Assembly (NCBI GenBank): GCA_951804945.1
Contig: OX638154.1
Span: 42,780,001-42,844,000, forward strand
Direction: 5' to 3'
DNA length: 64,000 nucleotides
DNA from: Podarcis cretensis
Taxonomy: Eukaryota
Below the pieces are notes generated by a model, which made no database searches, was not told where the DNA came from, and worked only from the letters and a program-made list of their open reading frames with translations. Made by a program: the position numbers and the translations under genes. This document shows, piece by piece, positions 1-12,900 of this stretch; within the stretch, counting starts at the first letter, position 1; every line of letters begins with the position of its first letter.

Positions 1-2521
1 AAACGTTAATCTTCCTTGCCTATTATGAGTTGTGGACTGAACAATCAACTATTGGGAGACAGACTATCCAGCTGCTGTTTCTAAATATGTATACATGTGC
101 ACAAAGATGTGTGAGAGATTTATGCATACAGGAAGAATGTCATGGGCATAGAATCATGAAGTAAGGCTGACCTATCTAGAGTAAGATGAAATGACTGAAA
201 CATTGCGCTAAGGAAATTCTGTTTGGCAGGCATCAAGACCAAACTGTAATGACGGACGTTTGAACATTTTGCTTTAAAGAGAATTAGACTACCAGGATTG
301 CATGTTTTATCTTCAAGTCTGTCAAAGGTTTTAGCTCTGAATTAAAGCTCAAGATGATTAATATTATTATTTTTAACAATTTGGGGGCATTTGACTCAAC
401 AGCTACCTTCCGTGTGCCCTCTAAACCTGTTCTAGGGGTTTCTCCAACCCTGCAGAATGGATTTGCTTAGTGGGGAACATGCAGGAAGGAGAAAGAGAAG
501 TTCCATTGAGCAAGGAGAAATTTGTTCACTTACAGAATGAGCTAATTGAATGCTGCTCTATAGACATTGTGTTTAAATATAAATCTGCTTGATTAATCAG
601 GCATCTTTGATTCAGTCTCTGATTATTGTTTAATCTATTAAGCGTTGTAGCCCTAGAGATGATTATTTTCCTCTGAAGCCACTGCCGCATGCCTAAACAT
701 TGAACGTTTTTTTAAAAAAGTTCACTTAATGTACATACTGAATTTGATACCTCAAAATCATGTTTAAATGCGATTATTGACGTACTTCCCTTCAGTGAAA
801 TGAAGAGACTCAAAGAGGTCAGTTGCAAAAATGAGCTTCCAGCTTGGAGGGTTTATTGTTAAAGGTAAACCTTCTTGCATAACATCTCTGCTGCCTTATG
901 TGAGGAGATGCAGGCACTAGAAGGAAATCACAGATAAAGGCTATCTAGCAGAAAAATACCCAGCAGCAAGGCATTAACTGTTGCCTAAGCAAGATTAGTT
1001 GTTCTTATTAGTTGAGACATATCTTTTCTAACTTTTCCCTCCTTTATGTCTCCTAGAGACAGCATTGGTTTCCTCCTTTGTTTACTGCCATCAGCGTGAG
1101 TCATCTCGCATGCTGAATGTTGATTTGCACATCCAATTTTACTCTTTAACTTGTACTCTTGTCTGACCACATCAGTTTTTGTGTTTCCATGCTTGGGAGT
1201 CCCATGACAGTCACAACAGGCAAACCAATGTTAAATGTTTGTTTTGGAAGTAACAGAAAGGGAATTTGGGAGGATCTAGCGATACATGGAATAGCTGAAA
1301 CTTGCTAGGATTTTTTGTTTTAAAAAAATTAAGCCTAGTAGTGAATTAGTAGTGGCTTTATAACTTCTATCATAATTCCTCTGTCAGCTGTTGACAGATC
1401 TTGCTCATGCCTTGGCTACAGCTTTGGCAGTTTTCTGTGGGAATCTAAATGTTTGCTGTTTAGTTGATATTGAAAAGATTAATGTGCCAGACCCCATGAG
1501 TGCTTAAAACAACTTTCCCTCTAAGATGCCTCTTGATTTTCCTTATGCCTTTACCAATTCATCTGCTTAGTTAAGTTTCCATAATGGTAATTTAAGGCTG
1601 CAAGGCTGGCCTAAGAAGCGATGATGATATTTGAAGCAGCAGTTCCCTCAGAAATTTAGGGCACAAGGATGTCAATTTTGTACAAATGTGTACTCATGGA
1701 TACTTGGCCATAACTGACATAATTTGTGTATAACTCATAGCATAGATCTTATTTTTAACATATTTATTATTACTTGGCTCTCTATCCAGAATATCGAACA
1801 TACTTCAAATTAGACGCTGTGACAAGCTAGAAAAATACCTAACATGCTCCTGGTTTCTTCTGGGAAGCATACTGGAGGTCTGAGTGTGCCTAGGATTGTG
1901 TATAATGAATTGCTGGGTCTGATGTAAAATAATACTGTATATCTTAAAGCTCAAGCAGATATTAACTGACTCGGGAAGGGTATCTCAGAAGCTATTACAG
2001 CATTTAACTGTTCATGTACTTATAAAAATATCTGGATCAAAGGAGCACAAGGCAATTTACAGAATATCAAATGCATGGTGTAAAGAGCTTAATTGAATGG
2101 GAGTCATCAGAGGGGATTTCAAAAGTTATGGACTTGGCAAGTGTTTGAATTCAAGGAGGGGCTAAGGCCTAATTCTCACTTAAATATCTCTTAATTTTTC
2201 TCTTGGCTTTACCACATCATCTGCCTACTTAAATTTCCATAACCATAAACCTATGTCACAGTTGTACCAGTTCAGAATGCACATGACTGCTTAGACTGAT
2301 GCTTCTCTGTACAGAAACTTCCCTCTGTTTAGAAAAGTAGATGTTTGGGAGAATGTGTTGCGGAAAAGCCTTCCATTATGAGCTTGTATCCTGCTGTCTG
2401 AAGTGGTGTAGAGTTGTAGAATATATGCAGGTTTATGGCCTCATTAAAATCTAGGCCTAACTATCTGGCACACTGAGAGTATAAAACACTGATCAGTTGC
2501 TTCGCTGAAGAGCCTTCTAGG

Positions 2522-2704
2522 CAGTAGTTCCCGATTGGCTAAGTACCGTGGACCCTGTTTTTCATAAGCCAAGCCATGGACCCTCCTACTTTGGAAGTTT
2601 TGATATCTGTGTGATAGTTTTTGTTATGTGAGTGGTGCCACAGACCACCTGGGTAGGTTATGCAGACTCCCAGGGGTCCAGGGACCACCAGTTGGGAACC
2701 ACTG
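2522..2704. mobile_element. hAT (Charlie-like) non-autonomous DNA transposon
   Basis: TIRs CAGTAGTTCCC / GGGAACCACTG, with TTCTAG on both flanks (typical Charlie target). Confidence 0.65.
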
Positions 2705-3237
2705 TTCTAGAAGAATTAGGTCACATTCTTGTTGCTGGTTTCCTGTTTGCTCTGTGTACATTGCCAGGGGGTGGGTGGGGGTGGAGTGGTATTTCCTACT
2801 ATACTGTGCTTACACTTGTTTAAAAAACAAAAGATAAAACCCATAGGAATGAAAAAAGGGCCTTTTGCACATAGGGTTTTAAAAATTGCCCGTCTTACTG
2901 ACCCAAGTCCCCTCCAACTGTTTTTGGGTTATGTAATTTACCATCCCTGATAATTGGCCATGAGATCTGGGAATCCAAAACATATTGAGGGCACTAGATT
3001 TGGGAAAGGCAGCCCTGAAAACATTATTTTTTCTTCTTCTCATTTAGAAGCATTTTCTGAATTTCTTCATTAAAAACAAAAGGAAACATGTAAGTGGTTT
3101 GTGTCTTTCTCCAATTCCACTTGAATGCTGGTAGGGGAGGTTTCTTGTTGTAGATGAAGAATGGGTGGAGTGTCACCTGCAAAGCTCGGGTTGCTACAGC
3201 CTTAATGTTAAAATCCTATTGCTTTTGCTGCCTATAG

Positions 3238-3901
3238 GAAGTGGACATTGTGGTAGCTCCTTGTCGGGGATTCCAGTCAGCTGAAGTCACTTTGGGAGAA
3301 TACGTGAACCATTTCCTTCCAGTCATCACGTTTGCTATCAGTGAGGCAGAACTCTCCACGCTGGATGTGAATGAACTGCAGGAGATTAAAGAGAAATTCT
3401 CTCTGCCCGTCTTCTTTTTCAAAGTGCCAAATTTGGGTGCTGAACTGATATCCCCTCGGAATGCGGAGAATGAAAAGTCGTCCCTTTACCGGCAGCTGCT
3501 GGATTTAGGCTACCTTAGTACGAACCATTGCAGCTGTGGAGCTCCCAGCTCTGATGCCAAAGCCCAGAGCATGCTGGTGGAACAATCGGATAAGATCCGT
3601 CTTCTTAGCACTTTCTCCAGGCAGGTGCTGCAGCAGCGCTTGGTGGATGCAGCGACCGTCTTGAACCTAGTGCACTGCCGTTGCCTGGACATTTTCATCA
3701 ACCAGGCCTTTGATATGCAACGAGACCTTCAGATCACTCCAAAGCGTCTAGAGTACACACGGAAAAAAGAGAACGAGCTGTATGAATCTCTGATGCTCAT
3801 AGCTAACCGCAAACAAGAGGAGATGAAGGACATGATCATTGAGACTCTCAATAACATGAAAGAAGAACTGCTGGAAGATGCTGCTAATATGGAATTCAAA
3901 G
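3238..3901 (+). CDS. DSTYK: DSTYK coding exon (EVDIVVAPC...NMEFK)
   Basis: AG 3236-3237, GT 3902; translation matches the DSTYK N-terminal region ([28 protein letters not shown]). Confidence 0.96.
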
Positions 3902-6900
3902 GTAATTTCCGGAAAAACCAAAAGCCTTAAAAATGTTGTTGGACTCCAACTCCTATCAGTATTAGTCAGCATGGCCAGTGGTCAGAGACGACGAGGGGTT
4001 TAGTCCAACAAGAACTGGAGGCTGTTGGTCAGCTACCTCTGTTTTCAACTTTTTTCACCTGCTGCGTGCATGCACTTCAACTCTGAGCAAGCCGTTGTAT
4101 AGTGAAATTCTTCATCAGATTTCTCCCTCCCCCCACAATAATCTGTAAAGAATGTCAGCATAGAGTAGCGTAATGTGTTTATCTAAAATGTCAAACTTTG
4201 CAGATATTTGTATCCAAGTGAACAAGATTTGATTGTCTTAAAAGCTTGTAAACATCTCTTGAATACAGTTTTATAACTGTAATCAGAAGTGTGACCCAAC
4301 CTGGGTATAAACACTTAAAACAGCACAATTTTATATATTTCTACTCAGAGGTGAATCCTGTCGCATTCCGTGGGGCTTATTCCCAGGTACATGGTATAAG
4401 ATTATATCTTGTCACACTGAACTAAATTGGAAAGATGTAAGCCAATGCTTAGCTCCCCATTGACATCAAAGGATCAAAGTGATTAATTTATTGCAATATT
4501 TCAGAACCAATCCAGTCCAGCTAGTGAGGCTTTCATTGCACTTTAGTCATTAAATTTACTTTACACTAGTTCTGGGTGGCTGCTAATATGCTAGAATTGT
4601 GAAATTATGCTTCTTTTCAATCTTGGATTTCCTTCTGTTCCCTCTAGATATTATAGTTCCTGAAAATGGAGAGCCTATTAGTTCCAGAGATGTTAAATGT
4701 TGCATTAAGCAAATCCAAGAACTGATAATATCACGGTTAAACCAAGCAGTTGCCAACAAGTTGATAAATTCTGTGGACTATCTGCGGGAGAGCTTTGTGG
4801 GAACTCTGGAAAGATGTCTGAAGAGTCTGGAGAAATCTCAGCAAGATGTTACAGTACATATCACAAGCAACTATCTAAAGCAGGTAAAAGTAACACAAAA
4901 TTACTGACCTCGTATTGCAGATCAGTTTCTAGAATGTTGGCTGTAGCCTGTAATCAGTGGTGACAAAGTGAATTGGTAAAATAATTTGATATCTTTTGTG
5001 TTATGGCGCCAAACAGATTTTTGCTTTAAGTTGTAATTTAAGGAAAGAATTTGAGCTCATTGCAATTCTTCCAGATTACAAATGAAGACACTTGCTTTTA
5101 AGGTATTATATTAGTTTGCTTAATCTACCGAATAAGCAATTCCTTCAGTTTTCAGTGGCTTATTTTATATATTTTCTGCTTATAGATACTGAATGCAGCC
5201 TACAATGTTGAGATCACCTTTCACTCCGGTTCAACAGTATCTAGAATGCTATGGGAACAAATCAAGCAGGTATTAAATATTGTGATAGTAAAAGCTCTCT
5301 CCTAGTAACTGTAATGGGACCTTATCTTTGGTAGATCTGCCTTTGTCAGTACCATCCTTTGAGTCTCTCTCTCCCTCAACTGACATGTTAGCAGCCATTC
5401 CAGCAAGCTGGAATAAGCAGGGCTTATTCTATCAGCTCTGCTGAAATTCCAGCTCCATAAAGAACTACTGTTTAAGAATTGGCACATGGTTTTGCTTTTT
5501 TCCTCCTCCTTTCCTCTTCCTTTTTCCTTGTATGTCGTATTTTTTTATGTATGCTGGTTTGTTTTTATAAACCTGCAGGCCATCCTGTTTAAACTGACTG
5601 AATGTCAGTGGCTTTGGGAGCATTTTCAGCTGAAGAATGTGGTAAAAATGCTGCAATATCACCCTATACCACAGTTGCAAACAAACAACTTGTATTCTCA
5701 TTCGCTCATTCCCCATTATTCTGATTTTCTTGTTATTTGGCCTGTATGGTGGGTGACATCTAATGATGTCTACCTGCTTGCACAGCAGAAATTTACTTAC
5801 ACAACTGGGTGTGCTGTTTCTATTCTTCTCTCACAACCCTCCTGTGAAGGTTTGGGGGGCACATGGCAAGTTGCTGCGGAGAGAAGAAATACCATCACAT
5901 GCCCTACCTTGGGCAGGTGAAACTGAAAGTAGACTTTTTAATGCTTGAGTTTTGACAATGAGACATATGTCTTATTAGATAATACAGCGGATTACTTGGG
6001 TGAGCCCACCAGCTATCACCACGGAGTGGAAAAGGAAAGTAGCTCAGGATGCTATTGAGAGTCTCAGCGCATCAAGGCTGGCCAAGAGCATCTGTAGCCA
6101 GTTCCGAACAAGACTATACATTTCTCATGATGCTTTTGCAGCTTCCCTGCGACAGGTCAGTTGGATTGTTGTTCATCGCAGTTCTCTTTAGATGAAACTT
6201 AACCATTTTTCAAATAATTGGCAATTGCCTGCCTATCCTCTCTCTACTCCTTGCCACCAAAAAAAGGAAGAAGAAGCAGAAGCCACACAGGTGCTCTGCT
6301 GTTTCTTCTGACTTTTTAAGACGGGCAAAAATGGCTATAAAAGCACTAGCAGTTCTTGTTCTATGGGACTGGAGGACCATTGGGTCATTATTGCAATTGC
6401 TTCTTCTAGGGGCATTTTAGTGGTGATAGAGGTGGAAGTGTCCACACAATAGGGTTCATTCTCCAGCTCACAAAAGTGCCTGAGAATGTGCCTTTTTTGG
6501 CGGTGTCATGTTGAGCTTTAAAGAACTAAGTAAGCTAGCTATAGTAGTGGTCTCTAAAACCTATGGAGAAGTCGAGAGTGCTGCCTTTTCTCTGCCTTCC
6601 TAGGTACTATAACCTCTGTTGATGGGAAACTGCACCTTTTTATATAGTTTTGCTAAACTAATGAGGCAACACAAGGGCTGTGGATAGCTCCGTTGGTAGA
6701 ACATGAGACTCTTAATCTCAGGGTTGTGAGTTCAAGCCCCATGTTGGGCAATATAGTCAAATAACGTGACCTGAAAATCTTAGGGCAGGATTCTCCTAAT
6801 GAACTCTTTACCTAACGGCTTCCACTAGTGCGATAAGGCTTTCCTCCCCAATCCTCCTGTGCATCTTTACACCCTCTGAAATTGGTTCTGCGGGGTTTGG

Positions 6901-9900
6901 GGAACCCACAGAACAGTGTGTGAAAGGAGGAGAGGGGAAATTGTTTCATCTAGCAAGCTGAAATGCTTTGCAAAGGGAACATTTATCACAGCATTCCATC
7001 CATGTAGTTTATAGAGGTTTTATTCACAAGGAAAAAAATGTTATATGCCTTTTCCCCAGAAGAGCAGCTTAGAAAGAGAATATGTCCTAGCACATTCTCC
7101 ATGGGCTATCATCACATGAATATGCAGGTGTTTGGGGCAAAAAGATTCCTGCACTGCAGGGGGGTTGGACTAGATGCCCCTTGTGGTCCCTTCCGGCTCT
7201 AGAATTCTGTGATTCTATAATCCATGGAAATGAATATTCTACAAAACAAACATTTTAAACTGAGAACCTGTTTCATTCTTTAGCAAAGAAGAAATAGGGG
7301 AGCCGGTTTTGGAAATTCAGTTCTAGGTGTGACCAGCAGGACACCAAAGCCTTACTTAAATTTGGCCTTATGTTTTGTTAGCTAGAGGCTGGCCACTCGG
7401 GCAGGCTGGAGAAGACAGAAGATCTTTGGTTGAAGGTGCGAAAAGACCATGCCCCTCGTCTTGCCCGCCTCTCACTGGAAAGCAGGTCCTTACAGGATGT
7501 TTTGTTACATGGTGAGCAGTGCCTTGTCTGCACATCTCATTTTATTGATGACTTTCCAGAATTTTCTTATGAAACAATGAGACTTGTTCTGTACTGTTCC
7601 AGACACACCGAGGGAATGAATCCTGAGGAATTCATGCTACTGGGGAGGGACATAGAAAACACGTTGACAATAAAAATTATGGGAAATCAGTAAAAAATAA
7701 TTGGCTAAAAATAAAATAAAAAGAGAAAACAAGTTAACAAGCAGGTGCTTATATTTCAGGTAAACCAAAGCTAGGCCGTGAGCTGGGCCGAGGGCAGTAT
7801 GGAGTGGTGTACTTGTGCAATGCCTGGGGGGGCCACTTCCCTTGTGCCCTCAAATCTGTTGTTCCACCAGATGAGAAGCACTGGAATGACCTTGCACTTG
7901 AGTTTCACTATATGAGGTAGGTGGCATTAAGCTCTTCCGTAATGAACACACATTAACCTGGCAGCTTAACTATATTTTGTAGCAGTGGTTTGACAGAGTC
8001 CGATGACTGACACAAAATTCCTGTCATGTATGCACAAAGGGCTATTTGGAACCACCTTGATTGAAACCATGACAATATAAAATAACGATGTTGAGTTGAT
8101 ACTTGTCTTCATACTCTGAAGAATTAGGTTGCCTATGTCATCCTTCTCCAATATGGCACCCTCTCGATGATTGGCTACAACTCCCATCAGCCTCAGCTAG
8201 CATGGTAAATAGCCTGGGATGAGGAAGGTTGCAGTTCAAAAACCCTAGGAAGTGCAGCAGTTGGGGAAAGCTGGTACTTGCTATATCTTGAAACTGCACA
8301 TTTCTATTGCGTATCTAGCTTGCACAGTTATTCTGTTAACATGAATAGTCATTTGGAAATAATGGTGTGTGCCTTGTATGTTTTCGTAGAACAGGGGACT
8401 GGGGGGAAATGCCTTATCTCCTTAGAAGACATAAATCCATTATTCTTGACTCTTGTGCTGCATCTTTCTCCAGATCTTTACCAAAGCATGAGCGGTTGGT
8501 AGATCTTCATGGATCAGTGATAGATTATGGGTATGGTGGAGGTTCCAGCATTGCTGTTTTACTGATAATGGAACAATTGCACAGAGACCTCTATACAGGA
8601 TTAAAGGTGAGGAATTAAAACAATTAAATGGAAAATGGACAGTGTAAATATTTCTTCATCTCTGGTAGCTTTTCATTTCTATGCACAAGTGTGCTTTTCA
8701 TTATACTTGAATTAGTGGAGATAATAAAAAAGTTGCAGAGTATCGCCAACTCATAACACCAAGTACTCCTTTTCAGGCCTCTAGCCAGCATGGAACACAA
8801 GCCTTGCAAGGCTATAGGGGTTCTTGTGGGAGGGGAGGTTTTTGCAGGCTTTTTGTTTCCTACCCACTTGAAATATTCCCCAACTGTGTTATATAGTGCT
8901 AATGCACTTGGGTTAGCTCTACATTGCTACCGTATTTTTCACCCTATAGGACGCACTTTTCCCCCTCCAAAAATGAAGGGGAGTGTGTGTGTGTCCTATG
9001 GGGTGAATGCAGGGGGGAGACAGGCAGGAAAAGCTCCCAAAAGCCGCACACAAGCTCCGTGCGACTCTTGCGGGCTTTTCCTCAGGAGGGACAAGGGACT
9101 GATGCGGCCAGTCAGTCCCTTCTCCCTCCTCGTAGAAAAGCCCACAGGAGCCGCGTGCTCCTTAAAGGGTGCGCGGCTCCTGGGGGCTTTTGCGGGAGGT
9201 GGGGGTATTGCCATAGCCGCGCGCAGCCTCTTCCGACTGTGGAAGCAGCCTCTTTATCCGTGCGCCACCTCTCCAGCCCGGAGAGAGTGTGCGGGGCTAA
9301 GGAATAGCCCCGCAACCCTCTCACAGCTGGAGAGGTGACGCGCAGCTAGGGCAGCTGCCTCTTCGGTTCCACCTCCAGCTTCGCTTGAAGGGCGCTGCAC
9401 AGTTCTCCCTCTCCGCGCAGCGCCTCTCCTTCGCAGGAGAGGTGTTGCGCAGAGAGGGAGAACTGCACAGCGCCCCTTCAGCCACGCGCCTGTCCTGCAA
9501 AGCCGGAGGAGGAGCAGAAGGGTCTCCTATTCCTCCTCCAGCTTCGCAGCGAGGCGCCTGTCCTTCTCCAGCTTCGCTTGAAGGGCGCTGCGCAGTTCTC
9601 CCTCTCTGCGCAGCACCTCTCCTGCGAAGGAGAGGCGCTGCGCAGAGAGGGAGAACTGCACAGCGACCCTTCAGCCACGCGCTTGTCCTGCGAAGCTGGA
9701 GGAGGAACAGAAGGGTCTTCCTCTGCATCCCAAAGCCTGGGGCAAGCTGAGCTCAGCGCGCCCCAGGCTTCGAGCTTCGCGCAGCTCTCCGCAAGCCATG
9801 GGAGCCTGGTGCGACTTTGCGCTGGGCTCCCACGGCTTGCGGAGAGCTGCCTGTTCTGGGGGCTGGGGTCGGGGGAAGCTCGGGCTTCCCCCGACCCAGT

Positions 9901-12900
9901 CCCGCACCTGGGAGGGGGAAAATATTTTTTTCCCCTTTATTTCCCCCCAAAAAAACTAGGTGCGCCCTATGGGGCGAAAAATATGGTATATTACAGGGTG
10001 GTGAAGACTTTAGAGTTATAAAAGGCAATGGCATATTTCCTTTTGCCTCCTGAAGCCTGTGTATTGCAGTGAGGAGGGGTTCACTCATGTACCCAAACTG
10101 CCACCGTGGCTACTATAAGTTGTTAAAGGTTCAAGCAGGTCAATTTTCTCCTGTTATCCCCCGCTCCCCAAACCATGACACCTTCACTATTCCATAGCTC
10201 CGGAAAGCTAGTAAGGATGCTGAGTCCTCTTTGGGCTGTGCTAGGTTTCCGCCCCCCACACGTCTTTTAACTTACAAGCTAATACAGTGGTGCCCCGCAA
10301 GACAAATGCTTCGCAAGACGAAAAACCCGCTAGACGAAAGGGTTTTCTGTTTTTGAGGCGCTTCACAAGACAAATTTCCCTATGGGCTTGCTTCGCAAGA
10401 CGAAAACGTCTTGCGAGTCTTGCGATTTTTTTCGCTTTTTTCTCCCTTTTTCTAAGCCGCTAATAGCCGCTAAGCCGCTAATCCGCTAATAGGGTTGCTT
10501 CGCAAGACGAAAAAACCGCAAGACGAAGAGACTTGCGGAACGGATTCTTTTCGTCTTGCGAGGCACCACTGTATACTTCTGCATTCTTGGAGTCTTGGAG
10601 TCTCTAGAGAATACAGAAGCTACTGTCTTGGGCAGTGAACTGCCTATCCATAGATAAGTTGATAAGTTTAGTATTCTAGTATGTTCTGATAATTTGGCTT
10701 TAAAGTTTTGGCAGCTATGCTCCCTTTGCATTGTTCCTGACTATTGGTAGATCAGATAGTCTCTTCTTCACCTCCCAACCTCAGCCCTATTACATTTTTT
10801 GTTAGCAGCAGGTAAAATCTAGGGTTGATGGTTTGATCACAAGTACAACTGTAAAGGCATTTTTTTTTATATTGTTATATATTTCATTAGAGAGAGCGAG
10901 AGAGTGCACACAACACCTGATCCTGGCTACCATTGTGGGACTAGAACTGTATGCTTCAGTAGAACGGATTAAGACAATAGCAGCAGAACTACTCTCTGAC
11001 CCGCTTGTTTAAGGAAGAAGCAATGTTAAAGGATCTGTTTTGTTGGAGTTGCTTCAGCTTAGGCAAGAAGCACTGCCTAATAACCATAGATGTGAATCCC
11101 ATTAAGGGATTGATAATAAGGTTTTCCCCCCACTTTCCCCTCAGGCTGAGTTGACATTGGAGATAAGATTGCAGATTGCCTTGGATGTGGTAGAAGGGAT
11201 TCGATTTCTTCACAGCCAGGGGCTGGTTCACAGAGACATCAAACTTAAAAATGTATTGGTAAGGGACAGCTTTTTGCCTTGAGCATCATTCTCTTTGCTA
11301 AAATGGAACAAGACATCAGTACATAAATAATGGCCTCGTTAAAACCATTCCTTGGAATTGTATCTCTGCTTTATAACTTCTTAAAAATGTAAAAAGTACT
11401 TTTTTCAAAAGGCGGGGGGGGGGGGGGGGAGGCACGAGCAAAAGTGATGCTGCCATTGTGAAGCACAAAACCTGTACTTTGCTGTATATAGAACACCAAA
11501 GGACAATGGTGCTGCCCAAAAAGACAGACTCAAGTGCTGAACCAGAAACTCAAGAATATCTAGGTTTTCATATGACTGGACAAATTTCCTTATAAAGAAA
11601 AGACAACCATACCTGATCACAGCTAAACCCGGGGGAAAGATCAGAAACTGAGGCATATCTAAAGGGAGCTCAGCCAGAGTAAAATTGACTGGAGTAACAA
11701 AGAGCTATCTTTTCTGATCCTTTGAATGATCAGTAGGCTAATATACCCTTCATCTGTTCAGACTTTCATTTTCACAAGATGTGGTGATGGCAGTTAGTTT
11801 AGAGGACTACTTTTACACTGTTACTGTTTCATAAAGGATTAGGTGTATCTATGGTCGTTAGCTAGGAATCTCCAGGACAGCATCAGGTAACCCAAAATTA
11901 TAAGAAAAAACAAAATAAGAAATTGGTGATTATTTTTGTGCTCGGCTAGATAATGAACTTCAGCTTGGTTCAGCAAATACATTAATAATGTGCTAGCTGG
12001 GATTGTTTGTAGAAGACACTTGTACTACAGTGATGACATGTTGCTCTCTTTTGGATAAGTCTTGAGGCTTGGGTTTGAGTAGTTTGTATCCTTTACAGCT
12101 TGATAAAAACAGTAGAGCTAAAATCACAGACCTGGGATTCTGCAAACCTGAGGCGATGATGTCCGGCAGTATTGTTGGGACCCCTATCCATATGGCTCCT
12201 GAACTCTTCACAGGTAAACTTATCATAGATCTCCCTATGGACTGTTAGCCATGAAGAATTTGAGGTCCATTCCCTTAAGACAACAAGTCTACATGTGTAC
12301 AGTTAGAGGGATGCTTCTGCCAGGAGGTTTGGCAGATACATGCATGTATCCTCAGGGAGGGGAGGAGTATACTTTCAAGGAGATACGACACATTGAACTG
12401 GGTGGGTTATTACCAATGAAGAAACAGGTAGATGTTGGATTGCAGATCAAAATATCCTTAGATAAATTAATTCTTATCTTTGAATCTCTCTTATCCCAAA
12501 TGAATGCTTTGATACTTCTGTCCTGTTACAAATTTATTTTTGTTAAAAGATTAGCTATGCTGGGCCCTCTATTCTATAACCTGCCTCATTATGAAGACCC
12601 AGGGTGGATATGGACAATCAACATAAACCCTTAGCAAACCAGAGTAAAATTGCATCACATTAAAGGACCAGCTCAAACCATGAAGCCCAAACAGCTCTTA
12701 CAAAGCTTACAAAAAGTGCTCACACTTGGACTTCAGCAAGTCTACCTGAAGGGGGAATTTTCCCGAATTTGGTGGGGATGGCTACAGAGAATACCTCTTT
12801 GTGCTCATATGGTTGAACTGACACAAATGTTATAACTAAAGGTGCCCTTGGTATTGATCCTTGGTGGTTGTTAGGGGCACATATAGGAAATGATTTAATT

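Noticed and set aside
6677-6749. Functional tRNA-Lys(CTT) gene
   Set aside because: The acceptor stem does not pair, there are D- and T-arm substitutions, and a SINE tail lies nearby; best read as a SINE head.
8790-10088. Cluster of long overlapping ORFs (up to 182 aa) on both strands
   Set aside because: All lie within a GC-rich palindromic MITE where stops are rare; no transposase motifs.
12126-12140. DLG instead of DFG in the kinase activation segment
   Set aside because: Normal for DSTYK orthologues, not a lineage-specific change.
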